Positions 13,235-25,373 of a stretch of DNA of 64,000 nucleotides are shown in pieces. The stretch comes from Balanoglossus misakiensis. Taxonomy: Eukaryota > Animalia > Hemichordata. The notes beneath the pieces are model-generated. The model did no database searches. It was not told the origin of the DNA and was given only the letters and a program-made list of their open reading frames with translations. The stretch is from the NCBI GenBank assembly GCA_040954595.2, contig CM082584.2:9505061-9569060 (forward strand), in the 5' to 3' direction. Made by a program: the position numbers and the translations under genes. Position 1 is the first letter of the stretch; every line of letters begins with the position of its first letter.

Positions 13235-16200
13235 CAGTATACTGCAGCTAAGCTGTTGAGCTGACTGCAGTATTGTAGCTCAAATCGAACGTATATGTGG
13301 TCTCAGAATATTGCATTAATATTGGCTGGGTGGCAGATATAGTTCTGCATTTGCAAAATTTTGGCGTGAATTGTTCGCGACACCACACTGTTTATATGCT
13401 CACAGCTGATCTTCAGGGTATAGGCCTTAGCCTCCATCGACCACAGATGAAAATATCTCGGGAACGTTCACAATATCTCTGCTAATCAACTGCTTACTTC
13501 AAGTGTTTCGAGGAGCTCGTTGTGCTTGTTGACCATATTTGGACAGTTCGCAGCGCCACTGCAGATTTCGATAGAACACATAAAATCACAGAGAATTGAA
13601 AAAAAAGAAAGAACGGTTTTTAAATGTACAACACGGAGAGACAGGAAACGAGCGCGTTTAGTTCAACCGCGCCGATCGTGCATCATGGTTCCCCCCATTT
13701 CAGAAATTTGCCCAGGAACGGAGTCGAAAGTACCGAGTTAAATCAACATTTTTACGAGCTAACTAATGGACTCAAAGGAGTGGTCCAATTTATTTGTTTT
13801 ATTCATCCTTCCTGGTGTTATTTGTTTAACTTGCCCACATTTTCTGTCGGTGCGTCTTTCAACAACCGATTCTCTCAGCTTGGGAGGCAAGTTTCGACTC
13901 CGTTCCCCCAACCCATCCATTTGGCGGAAATGTTTCTTTTCGTCGGACGTCGCTGTAAATATCAGCGGACGCCAATCATCCTCGACTTCCGGCTCCGACG
14001 ATCCGACCCGACCCTTGGCACCGTAGCGATGCCGTCAAATCCGAAATACCGCGTACCGCGATGCGAGTGTATGCATTTGAGTGCCCGGATGAGAGAGCAT
14101 GCCTCGTATTAAACCAAACGCATTAGCGCAGAAATGCCACGAATTTTAAGCTCTCTCGACATAGCTATCCCTCTCGCGCTCGATAGCCAAGAAGGAACTG
14201 TTCTAGAAACTTGTTGTTGCAGCCACAGTGTTGATAGAAGCCGCCAGTGTAACGTAAATAATCGTAACTCTAGCGCCGCATTACCTGTCATGTTGGGTAT
14301 ACTCACCACTGTCCAATGGCGGCGCCATCCGTAACCTATTTTGTTCTAAAAACAAACTTATGACCCGAGGGACTTGCGAGCGTATCCTTGGGAAGATGTC
14401 GTCGGCCTAAGTCTCAGAATATTAGCATTTTTTCGTAAAAAATTACACCGCGTATATTAAGATTTGTGGGAACCCTTTCTTTGGTGAGCAGGTGGGGCAG
14501 GCACATTGTGTGAACGAGACGGGCGAGAGAAATTGTGGCCCGATTTTTATTGGATTTTTTTCTGACAGACCTCTTCCTGTGTCTAAAGCAAACTACAGCA
14601 GGAAAACGCCCTCCATTTGAAATTCTCTTCACCCTATAAATCGTTGTTATTATAAAGTAGAAAAAGCGAACATTGAAAAACCGAGACAATACGACACATC
14701 CACGATACTTCCATCTGAATGCAGTGAACCAGTGGTCTTTGCCGCTTTACGGTGCTGTCAAATACCGTAAATACGCCGGCTATCGGTCACGTGCAAGCCT
14801 CTCGGAGATAGATGGTGGTTGTCTAAAATAGCCGGCGTGTGTCACGTGACCATTGATGGCATGTTCATTTCTTGCAAAAATCCAGCCCACTAATTAACTT
14901 TTAAATGGATATAACACAATAATACTTCGGCCATTTAATCTTTGGTCAATACCAAAAATGTTAATTGTTCCGCAGAATGCGTAGCATTCAGCTTTTATAT
15001 GCCCATGTACGCATGATAGAGGGCAACAGTTGAGTTGTGACAGTCGGTAATACTAATAAAGCATATTTCAGTGAGCTTAACAATATAAATAGGAAGTAAA
15101 AAAGCAAAAATAATGTCAAAAGTGAGCGACTTCGTCCCTCTAATACCCACCACAGCGCTCTTTGTGTGAAACATTCAATTAGCCAACGTTTTAATGTTGA
15201 AAGGGCGGACATTCAAGAATTTGGTGCGTTGATGTTGCCTGGCTATTTGACGTCGGTTTGTCTCTGCGAGCATGGTAAATATGCTTTATAAGTTCGCGTG
15301 TTTGTGTTAATGATTTAAATGCCCATTAGCCGCGCATCTCAGTGCCGTTAGTTTAATGACTTCGGCTGCAAATGGATGATATCCCGGGAAACGTTGCTTT
15401 CCAAGCAGTGTCTGTGAAACTGTGCCTGAAAATCACGATGTATTTTACATATGTGAAATTTCTCATATATCATAGGGCTATACTATAGTATAGGTAATTT
15501 CTGTCGCCTGCTACCGCGTGCAAGTGAAGTGCGCAGTACAGTAACTAAATTGCCAATGGCATCATATTCGTTTGACAGTGATCGGTGTGCGTTGACACAT
15601 CGTGTGTGACTGGAGCAGAGAGATCCCAGGGTTCAGTGTGCTCACCAATTACAGGGAGAACATCTGGATGAGCAGACGCGCGTTTCCGCCCGTGTCAAAG
15701 GTCACATATCGTTCGGCGAACTCTGAGCGACTCCAGTGAAACAGATGCGCCAAGACGGGGAAAAACATTCTCCGTCGAGAAAAACAAAACAAAAATCCGA
15801 GGGCGATTCCACAAGAGAGAGAAACAACTGTTTTGCCTTTGACCATAAAACCTGCAAGCAAACGGACGCAAGTTGCATTTGTCCAGCTGTTGCCAAGGCA
15901 ACCTTTGATGCGCATTTTTTTTCTCTACTTACTTTTTTCTTGTTCTTCCACTTATGGGATAGGGCGACTTTACCTGTAAGAATATTTGTGTATATGATTT
16001 ATAAAAAACACACAGCTCGAAGTGCTCTGTGTTCCCCCCCCCCCGTTTGCCATGCATGAACGTCCCTGAAAACCCTTTTCACACGTAGACAAGAATTCTG
16101 CCAGTCGAAGAAGACCGTGCTTAATTTATCGATTTGTTACCAATATGTATTAAACAGCAGGGGGAAGAATTTGTCGACTTATCTGACTCCGCCCGCACAG

Positions 16201-18122
16201 GGAGATGGCCCATAAATCATTGCGGCCAATTTGTAGGCCATGTCATGATGTGAAAAGTAATGTAAATATCGCTACATCATGTGTTCGCCTTCGTCGCCAT
16301 GTGCAGGGTGGCGGTCGTGCGGCAGTGTCATGCGGGTCATGCGCCTTGCTGTCCGGATCCATTCGTTACTGTTGGTGCGTGATGAGCGTGGATCGTACGG
16401 CTTTTTATAGGTACAGCAAATTTGAGGAAATTACGCATGCGCAGGGGTGACAGCTGTGATTTTAAATACGGTTGTTTTTGGACGTTGTACGTCTCTCGAT
16501 GTCTCTCGATCGTTTGTCTCTCTCACTCTCTCTTTTACTCATTTTAGCGCATATGCCACCAACACAACGACGAGAAGACATCGACAACTACAACTCATGT
16601 GTACGTCTCTTGCCCCTCTGACCTCTGCCTGGCCAATCGCGTCCAAAAATAATTCCGGAATCAAAAGACAGCATTTACATTAAAACGTGTTCGCATGCTT
16701 GATTTATTTGTCAGAAGCCGCTGATTTAGTGCCTAGAACAACACGGGAGGTCAAAGGAGATCACGTGGTATGACTTGAAGTCAGAAATATTATGATTTGC
16801 AAGTCGCTTGTTTATGCTTCGAAAGTTCAAAGTAACAGTTGAGAAAATGTCCCAATCGCTTGGTTATTTTTTTGACAACTACGAGTTCATTCAACTGTGC
16901 TGCAAACTTCAAATTAATGCGAAGTTGACTTGCTAGTTGTGAAGTTACAAGGGTAAGATGCATACTATGTTTCAGGTGCAACAACATACTTTATTATTCA
17001 TGACATGGCGGCCGAGAAATGGCGGCAAGTTGCCTTTGGCGCTAACCTTGTTTTGTTTTTAATTAACGAGATTTCCATACAAAGCAATAATCACTGAATA
17101 TTGATTGTTGTTACGAAGCGCTTTCAAGAGAAGCGAACGAATATTTTTTGACATTTCAAAAGTCGTCATCAAGTAAAACACAATAACAACAGGTGGTCTG
17201 GTCTTTGGACCAGCCTAAGGAAAAATCGAGACTTCGTATTTCCACTCGTTCAACAAATTGTACACTTTAATTGCAAGTTAACGGAATGAATTGACGGCCT
17301 TGTCGACTGCTGCATCGCACCTTTAAATTCTTTGTAATTCAATGGGCATTTGTCGTAATTTCAAGCGATCAGCCCAGCTTGTCATATAATTACCGGGCGA
17401 TTAGTCTTTTCAACGCAGTAAATTCAATCTGTCTGTGTGTAGTCCTGGATAGCGTTCACTTTCGCCGCCTCTACTGCGCAAGCTCGGTCAGGGATGGTCC
17501 ATTAAGATTCGAGTGGTGTTACCTCATCTCCCCTATCGGATTTCGCTGTCACAGAACCCCTCACCGTACTCCGGTATATACACACGATCATTATTTAAAC
17601 TGTGGGTTTTTTTTGGTGCCTTTGCGTGATTTTCTCACCTACATGTATCCAGTTCCGGTCATGTTTCGTTGCTCCCTTCGAAATGAGCTCGAAATGCACT
17701 ATTTAGCAAGAATTCGAGTTGAGTTACTCTTGCCAGAGGCGTCACGCACTTGCAGGTGCCTCGACGTCGAAACACCCCCCCCCCCCCCACATCCAAGCAG
17801 AAACCCTACAAGTCTGAACGTGAAAAAAGACAGGAAATCCCCGCATTGTAAGTTCCCATCCAATCACCACTCATGTCAATCACTCGTGTTTTTGTTTCCG
17901 CACCGACAACAGTTGCAAGTGTTGACATTTCTATCTTTTTTATGCAATTATCTTAATCTGCTTATAAACCACAGACGTTTGTTCCATTAAATCATTCTGA
18001 TAGCAGAGCCAATGTCCGCACAGTGGCCACTGTGAATATCGCTATCGATTATTTGACGAGATGAACCTTTGAGCATGTTGTATGGTATAGGAAATGATGA
18101 ATCGAGGGGAAGGAGATACTTG

Positions 18123-18174
18123 TAGATAGATAGTTAGATAGCTAGATAGATAGCTAGATAGCTAGATAGATAGC

Positions 18175-18259
<85 letters not shown>

Positions 18260-18300
18260 GGATGGATGGATGGATGGATGGATGGTTGGATGGATGGAAA
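18123..18300. repeat. Compound (TAGA/TAGC)n-(TGGA)n microsatellite
   Basis: Seen directly. Confidence 0.99.
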
Positions 18301-20039
18301 GGGGAAGGGAAGAAAGACAGGGACTTTGGTAAGGGAAAGAATGAAAGAACGATAGAAAGAAAGATATGGGAGCGGCGATCATTGAGTAACTCGTGTTATC
18401 GTTTTGTGATCCCAACTCCAGTGCCTATCACTGTGACCGGTACCCGGAAAAACCAGTACATACCTCACTATCCATACTATCAGTATCATCGCGAACCCAC
18501 TTGAGAAGTGAGTGTCGATGGCTGCGTGATCTCATATTGAACATGCCCCATTGTTCGTTCGCCCTGGAATTTCTATACAAACGTGTGTACAGTATACAGT
18601 AAACATGTGAATCGAAGATAACCTTGAGGAATAAGTACGACTCGACTCTGGCGTCGACACTGAATGTGGTCCTCAAGCTTTTCCCTTCGATTTCTACGCC
18701 CTGTGAACGTTTGCACGGTAAAGAAGGTGTCTTTAACACCGCATCCGTCATTTAGGATAGTTCCCGGTTTCCGTAGTTGACGTTTTTCTCCTGGTCTGAT
18801 TAGTGATGGCAGTGCAATTTTCTTTATTTGTCTAAAATGCGGTTTTATGTAAACCGTGTTGGGGTTCTCTGCCTTTTCACGTTGGCGTTATTAGGGGAGA
18901 CAAATGTGTGAGGATGTCGCGACAGAATTGTCTGCAAGTGTTTCGGAAAACAGGTCGCAACATGAATTGCGCTTGGGTAGATGCATTCTCTGACAAAAAG
19001 CACCCATCTAATGATGAAAATAACGGCACTTACGGGAAAGCGGGCGTAAAATTATTCAGTTTAGAAAAATGCTATCGAAAATGACGCGACAATAATTACA
19101 CGTAGGACGTTTTCATCGTGAGCAGAGATGGAACTGACGCGGCGATTCCCTGGTCATTTGGTTTCGCCCTATTTACAACCACCCAAGCCTCAGCTTTGGT
19201 AAGATCCATACAACAGCGCCCGCACACTGCGCGATAACACGCAATCTCAGTGTAGTGGCCATGCACCACAGTGTGGCCATACAAAGCGAATCTTCCCAGC
19301 ACCCTTTCTGTTCTTCGAGAATACGAACGCCAGGGAGTACGTATACCCCTGTCGGGTCATTGTCGAAACAGCATCGATTCATCTCCTCAACTTGTCACAT
19401 TCGCGACCCCCTGTTTCCAAAAGTCACTGACAGCCGCCGTAAAAAATATCATCCCCGGAAAGTGAGCGTTGGCCAAAAGTCGCCGGGAAATGTCTATTTG
19501 TATTTTACAAAGACAAATAATCGAAGGGTCTGAAAATTTGCTCCTATTACTGGGCGAATTTCTCTCTCATAAGTCAGTGTTTAAACTATTAAAAGACCAC
19601 ACAGAAGCGAAGTTGACCGAATTCCAAAACAATAAGAGTGAAGCAACACAACTCGCATCCCGTTTACGTAAGCGTGTCCGGGGTTCTTTCACACGCTGAT
19701 TTGACCAATACTCAAATAATATGTTTTCTCTTGGTCAATAATCACCAGCAGCCAGACTCGATTGTTTAGAAGAAAACAAAGTACCGTATTTCTGAGTTTT
19801 GTCACGGAACGAAGAAGCTGCTATGTAAATACCGTGAACTTGCCTTGCCACGCCACGCCAAGCACCTGGTACTGACCAACGGGCTTGAAGGCTACGAGGC
19901 CATATGTACCCACACTTAGGGCGGTGTTCATTACCCTCCCCCCCTCCCATCCGCCATGCCCGGAGACTCAACATCACACGCGCCCCACCACTGCTGGCGC
20001 GGTCGGTGAAACTTTTTCTTCGGACCAGAGATAGTTAGT

Positions 20040-21400
20040 TACCCAGTCCTGTGATAACAGAGCTGAGGCATGTGGTGCTTTTTCCGCTGCACTGGGAGTC
20101 GCGCAACTTTTGCCATCGAGAGGAATCTTTCCGAAGTGGCGCCTGATTGAGTAAATATCGTCTTGGTTTCCATAAATCGCTCCTTGAAGAGGAATACGTC
20201 ACTCCATATGGATCGAAAGTGCCTCGGTTGACTTGGACGCGAAACTGCGATTTTTATCACGTTGGCTCGGATAGGAGTTACAAAATCGGGCGTTTTTTGT
20301 TGTTGAACGGCATGTTATGATGAGCTGGGACATCAAATCCGGTAGATTGCATTTCTTTCCGTGACAAACATTGAAGTAAAGTATTTTGGACCGTTTCCAT
20401 GATTCAAAAGTGTGGTCAACTTTGCCTGGACATCAATTCTATTTTAAAAATCTGTGTATAATTTATTCCATTGAACTTTCGAAATACAAGTTGTCATGCT
20501 ATGGGTAAGTGAACATATTTCTTGTCATATTCAGAAATTGTCCATTATCCATTGGGGAATTTAGGTGTAATGATAATAGTTTCAGTATTTATTATTGCTC
20601 AGTCTGTGTGTCTGCTAAAATATCTTGTTCTACTTCCTACAACATGTTGACATGCCTTGCATTTAGCTTGGTATCACAGCCTTTTACAATGTGATCAAAT
20701 CCCGATAATTCATCACCCAGCAACTTCCCAATCGGTGAAATGAACAATTCGTCCAAATCCGTTGTTAAAATCAACACTTGTGCCTGCTGATGACGTAACT
20801 AAGGCATGAATACTGAATTTTCCAATGAAATCCCCAGCACAATATTTATATGTATCGCTTGGCAATTGAGCAGCAGGCGTGCCTTGGAGTGATCCGGGGT
20901 ATCGGTGATCGTCTGGATACAACAGTCCAAATTGGAAAAGACAGTTGCTGATAGGCAGTACATCTATGCGCAATGAGATCGTGAAAACGATACGGTATTT
21001 ACAAGACGGGCTTTAATCCTTTGCAGATCGGCATTTCTTTAGTAAAATCGGCGAATCCGTGATCTTAGTTTTGATAGTCCGGTGCTATTCCGCCTTTTCT
21101 TGGCACCGTCTTTTTGGTGGTAGAGCCCCGAAGTCCTTGTAAACTGTTCTCTCGTTTCTCTTTCAACGACGCGGCGCCGCCGCTATTCCAGAGTTCATTG
21201 CCCTGGCCAATTTTGTGGTGTTGCCGTGAAAGCGGAGAGAGAGAGAGAGCGGGCACGCACGGCACGGCCACCGAAGTGGAAAGAGCTACAGTGTTGGTAT
21301 TGTCTGCCGTCCTTTGTGCTTCTCACTTACCTGATTCAAACCCAAAAGCATCCTCCTCCGCGTTCGTCATTTCCTGTTCCGAAAGATTTGGTGTGTCGCG
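20040..21400 (-). mobile_element. Decayed Crypton-like (tyrosine recombinase) DNA transposon
   Basis: Collinear minus-strand fragments with stops and frameshifts: LSEQEM..ADNT..TSV, NSLQGLRG, FTKKCRSAK, LFQFG..D..P.SLQ, ALVTSS..VD.NG..V..E, NQAPLRK, TTCLSSVITGLG. These resemble the remembered Crypton YR motif order. Confidence 0.5.
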
Positions 21401-22021
21401 CTTTAAAACAGCCCCGCCACGTGGATATTTGGGCACCGTGACTTCCCGATAACATCACAGGACCGACAGTTCAGTTTCTTCACGGGCAATTATTACATAA
21501 CCCCATTTTATATCGTTTTCTCGCAATTGAATGGCTATGTTGAACACTTACATTGTGTGTTTTTTCTTTCTTTCTGAAGTTCATTGGCGAGGGCCAACAA
21601 AAGTTCCTCCGGGAAAAAATCGAACAAGAAAGTAGTAGCTAGGTATGTGCGAAAAGAAATATTGCAAGGAAACTACAATAAAAAAACTTTCCTGCCATCT
21701 CCACTTTGTCGTATTATACGCGTTTTCTAAACTTCACAAATTCCTCGAATCATCGCCATATTCAGTAGAAACGGCAAATCTGCGGCCACGCTGACAGATG
21801 ACGAGCGAATTTACGCGTAGTGAAATCCCACAGTTAAAGACACTCAGTTTGAGAGGAAATGGCCATGGGATTGACGATCGAAACAGTGAGGATATCCCAC
21901 AAGAAAGTCATTTGCGTTTTATATTGTCACCGCAATTTCCTGTTTGCTCAGAGTCTCGTAACTGTCGCGAGACTTATCGGCCTCTGTCTCTGATTCCAAA
22001 TGTTCAGGCTCTCGCTCAAGA

Positions 22022-22168
<147 letters not shown>

Positions 22169-22562
22169 ACTTTCTGTGTGTCTGACTGTGTCTGTCCGAC
22201 CGCCCGCCCATCCCTCCCTCCCCGGCGCCACCTTCTCCCACTCTATTTGGTAGCCTGGGTAAAACGGCCCCCAAATTCAGATGTGTTTTCCACCTCGCCA
22301 CATGCCTCACCCACTTACTCCGAATTAGGGTGTCTAAATATGCCATTTTGTGACATGAAAAGGGTTTGATTATCCATTGTTTCGGTACATTAGTGTGACT
22401 AATGCGTTGGACATTTGAGATACCCCTGCGCACATGGAAAATCGATTACTTTCGATTGGGCATTGTATTGACGCATCTTTTATCTTTTTGCATTCCCTTG
22501 TTCCTTCTCGGGCTGTGATGTCATTAACTTGAGATATTGACCCTTTTCTGTTCCCCGTGTCA

Positions 22563-22567
<5 letters not shown>

Positions 22568-22640
<73 letters not shown>
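22568..22640. repeat. (GA)n microsatellite
   Basis: Seen directly. Confidence 0.99.
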
Positions 22641-23190
22641 GGTGGGATAGACGGAGGAGGGAGGGGATCGGAGCTCGAGGAGGGCTCAGTTCAGATTTTC
22701 TATCCTAAAAAAGCAAACACTAACAACAAAAGTTAACAAATAGTGCGATAAATAAATTACTGGTATAGCAGCAATTAGAAGACGGGCACACCCACTGCTG
22801 GCCGGCATCTCCTGTGACCATCTTGCAGTGGCTGGCGAAATTGGCCAAATATTTTTGAGAAGCTGGAGCCGACACCAGAAAGAGTCGATTTAATTGCCAT
22901 GTCAAATTAATTAAAAATGTAGCGAAATTTAAACGTCGTTATTAAATTCTAGCATGTAATTGTTGACTTCACAGTCATTTGTGTGGCGTCCATTTCGGGT
23001 ATTTCCGAAACCGCTCACGTTTCATCGCGAACGCGGGTTTCTTTCGCATCTGGTCCGTTCTGCGCTCGCCTTTAGAGTTATATTGGTCTTTATTTCTTCG
23101 TGAAGGCAGAAACGCCTGGAATCAAGAGAGCAGACTTGATTATATTTTAAGTTCCCGCTGGAATATTGCGTGCTACGTGGAGTAAACCAG
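22568..23190 (+). promoter_or_regulatory. Putative proximal promoter and non-coding first exon: (GA)n, TCAGTT at 22686-22691, donor CAG|gtagac at 23190
   Basis: Same architecture as the distal candidate; about 2 kb upstream of the first conserved coding exon. Confidence 0.4.
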
Positions 23191-23487
23191 GTAGACGGTG
23201 GTGCGCTTGCCAAAGCTTGTGGGGCTTTGACAAACATGTATCGGTTGCGTGCCGTACGGTGATCGATTTCATTTGTCCGTATCGCAGCAAGACATTGCAG
23301 AAACGCGCTGTCAATCAAGGCCGGAGAAATGCGCTTACTGGGCTATGTGGTTTTCTTGAAGTACGTTTGACGCGGGCACGCATTGGCGGGGGCTTTTCAC
23401 ACTGACATGACATGGCAAGCCAACACGGTGTAGTGGGCGTGCCACTATAACGGTAATACGATACGCGATGCGACTTGAATAAATTTG

Positions 23488-23496
23488 GGCCACCCA
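23488..23496 (+). promoter_or_regulatory. GLI-type variant site GGCCACCCA near the proximal promoter
   Basis: One mismatch to consensus; TGTGTGGTC variants at 24766 and 26865 nearby. Confidence 0.45.
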
Positions 23497-25259
23497 GGTT
23501 GAGAGGGGATGCTTTCCTCTGTGACACGTAATTAGAGCCTCCGTTTCTTGAAATATAGACCACATACTAGGACTGCCTGCATAATGTTGAACGTCTCAAT
23601 CCCTAGAAATAACACTACAATGCAAGAGCGGGCAGGACCCTTTATCTTACTCGTATTTTTACCGCAACATTTTCGCGTAAACATGTTCTTTTCGCCCTGT
23701 AGCGCGGATAGACCTCCGCCATCTCCATCCAGCTATAGCCCGTCCGGTCCCCAGTCTCATACTTTTCCCCAATCCCTTTTTGACAAATTTCTTTCGTACA
23801 AACTGTGTAAATGTATTTGAGTGCGCCGGGAATAATGTCTCTAATTTGTGTTAATGCGCAAATAAGTGTGTCCAGAGTGTTTTAAAATTGAATTTGACAG
23901 TGTCTTGTTCTATACGCAACTGGGGCCGTTAATCACCGCGCAATTAAGTTTTGGCATAAAGGTCATTTCGTCTTGTGTCCCCCAAAAAGTTGTCAAGTTT
24001 GGACCGATGGGAGCCTGTGCCAGCTTAGGGGTCGCGGGGGGCTCGATAAAATAGAGGCGGAAAGAATGGTTGAGAACAACGCGATCAAATTGGATGTGAA
24101 GAAGAGAGATGTTTCGTCTTTGCATAACAAAGTGGCTAGTTGACTTTTGCTATTCTGCGCCGTGCAGTGCAAGCTAAAATGTCACAGCTCTGTTGTCATG
24201 GGGCGGTACCCCAATTAGCGATAAAATTTATTTTCAAAACTTCCACAATATTTGTGGTCGCCCCGAGTTGTCAAGGGAATTGACTTGGGCGCACCGGGAC
24301 GCATTCTGCCATTCACATGGCAACGCGAACAAAAGGTGTACTGCCCAATTCTTTTTTTTTTCTTTAAATGACTGTTGCTTTTTACTTTGACTTAATTGGA
24401 TGAGAATTTATAGCCGGAACGCAACACGCCGCAAACTATTATTCTTATCTCATGAACTTGACCGCTACTCGCTGACAAACACTTTCTGCGAAAATCGAAC
24501 CGGTCTCTCATGTCGAGTAACCATACGTAATTGTGGTTTTCTACGAAAAGTAAAATGTTTATGTTACAAAAATGTTGCGTTGGCCCTGGAAAAAATCCTC
24601 TTTCTTTTGTATATTGACATTTTATCATGTTATGGATTGGTTTTTAGCGAGGTACTTTGCTTTAAACTGTTGACTTGGGCTGCGAAAATTTTACTGCATT
24701 TTTGTGATAGTTGTTTATGTGAGTTGCGACTAAAAGCCTTTACCTTTCATGCTATTCCAACTTCTTGTGTGGTCTGCCTCTCTTTCTCTCTCCACAGTGA
24801 CGTTACTTAGCAACTAATGAGAACTCGTGTTACATGAGTCATTTGGTCGTTGGCTGGCCAATCGCGTTTGTCGGAATTGACCCTTCACTGGGGCTGTTTG
24901 ACAGGAGGGGTGGGGCTTCACGTAATGCATTCACCGCTTTCCCCGTCTATTCATTTGGCTAGCGTATTCAGTGTAAGCTTCACGAAGGATCCGTATGTAG
25001 TTTTTCTTAGGTCGGACTTGAACGCCTGTCGAAACGAGCTGTTGGATACGATTTTACGAATTGCTGGGCACGTCCAGCGAATGTTGAAGAGGTATAGAAG
25101 CCCTATGGGTGCTATCTTGGCGGAATTTTAAAGGCTTGTTGGCGATTTCTGTGGGACGACGTGGGCGACAGGCGACCCTCCTCGCGCGATACAGTGAGAG
25201 TGCGTTTGGCCATGACTGCACGGACTGGCTCTAACCGTTCCTAATATAATCAATTGCAG

Positions 25260-25373
25260 GATGATGTGCCTCGGTTGAACTCCAAGGAATCCTTTATGGC
25301 GGAGAATAACGACGATCTGCTTACGAGGACGAGCTGGTGTAACGCCAGACATGCACAGAAGGAAGTGAATCGG
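25260..25373 (+). CDS. ptc: ptc N-terminal exon ([38 protein letters not shown]); internal ATG at 25296
   Basis: ttgcag|GAT acceptor with ctaac/ctaat branch-like motifs; CGG|gttagt donor; contains the conserved Patched N-terminal R.SW(C/Y).A motif. Confidence 0.85.

Noticed and set aside
17379-17990. 203 aa + strand ORF
   Set aside because: Non-ATG start, includes a poly-C run, no recognisable motif or splice context
19090-19400. Faint integrase-like words on the minus strand (GH...MDLTKAEAW)
   Set aside because: Spacing does not fit a Gypsy integrase; too weak to call
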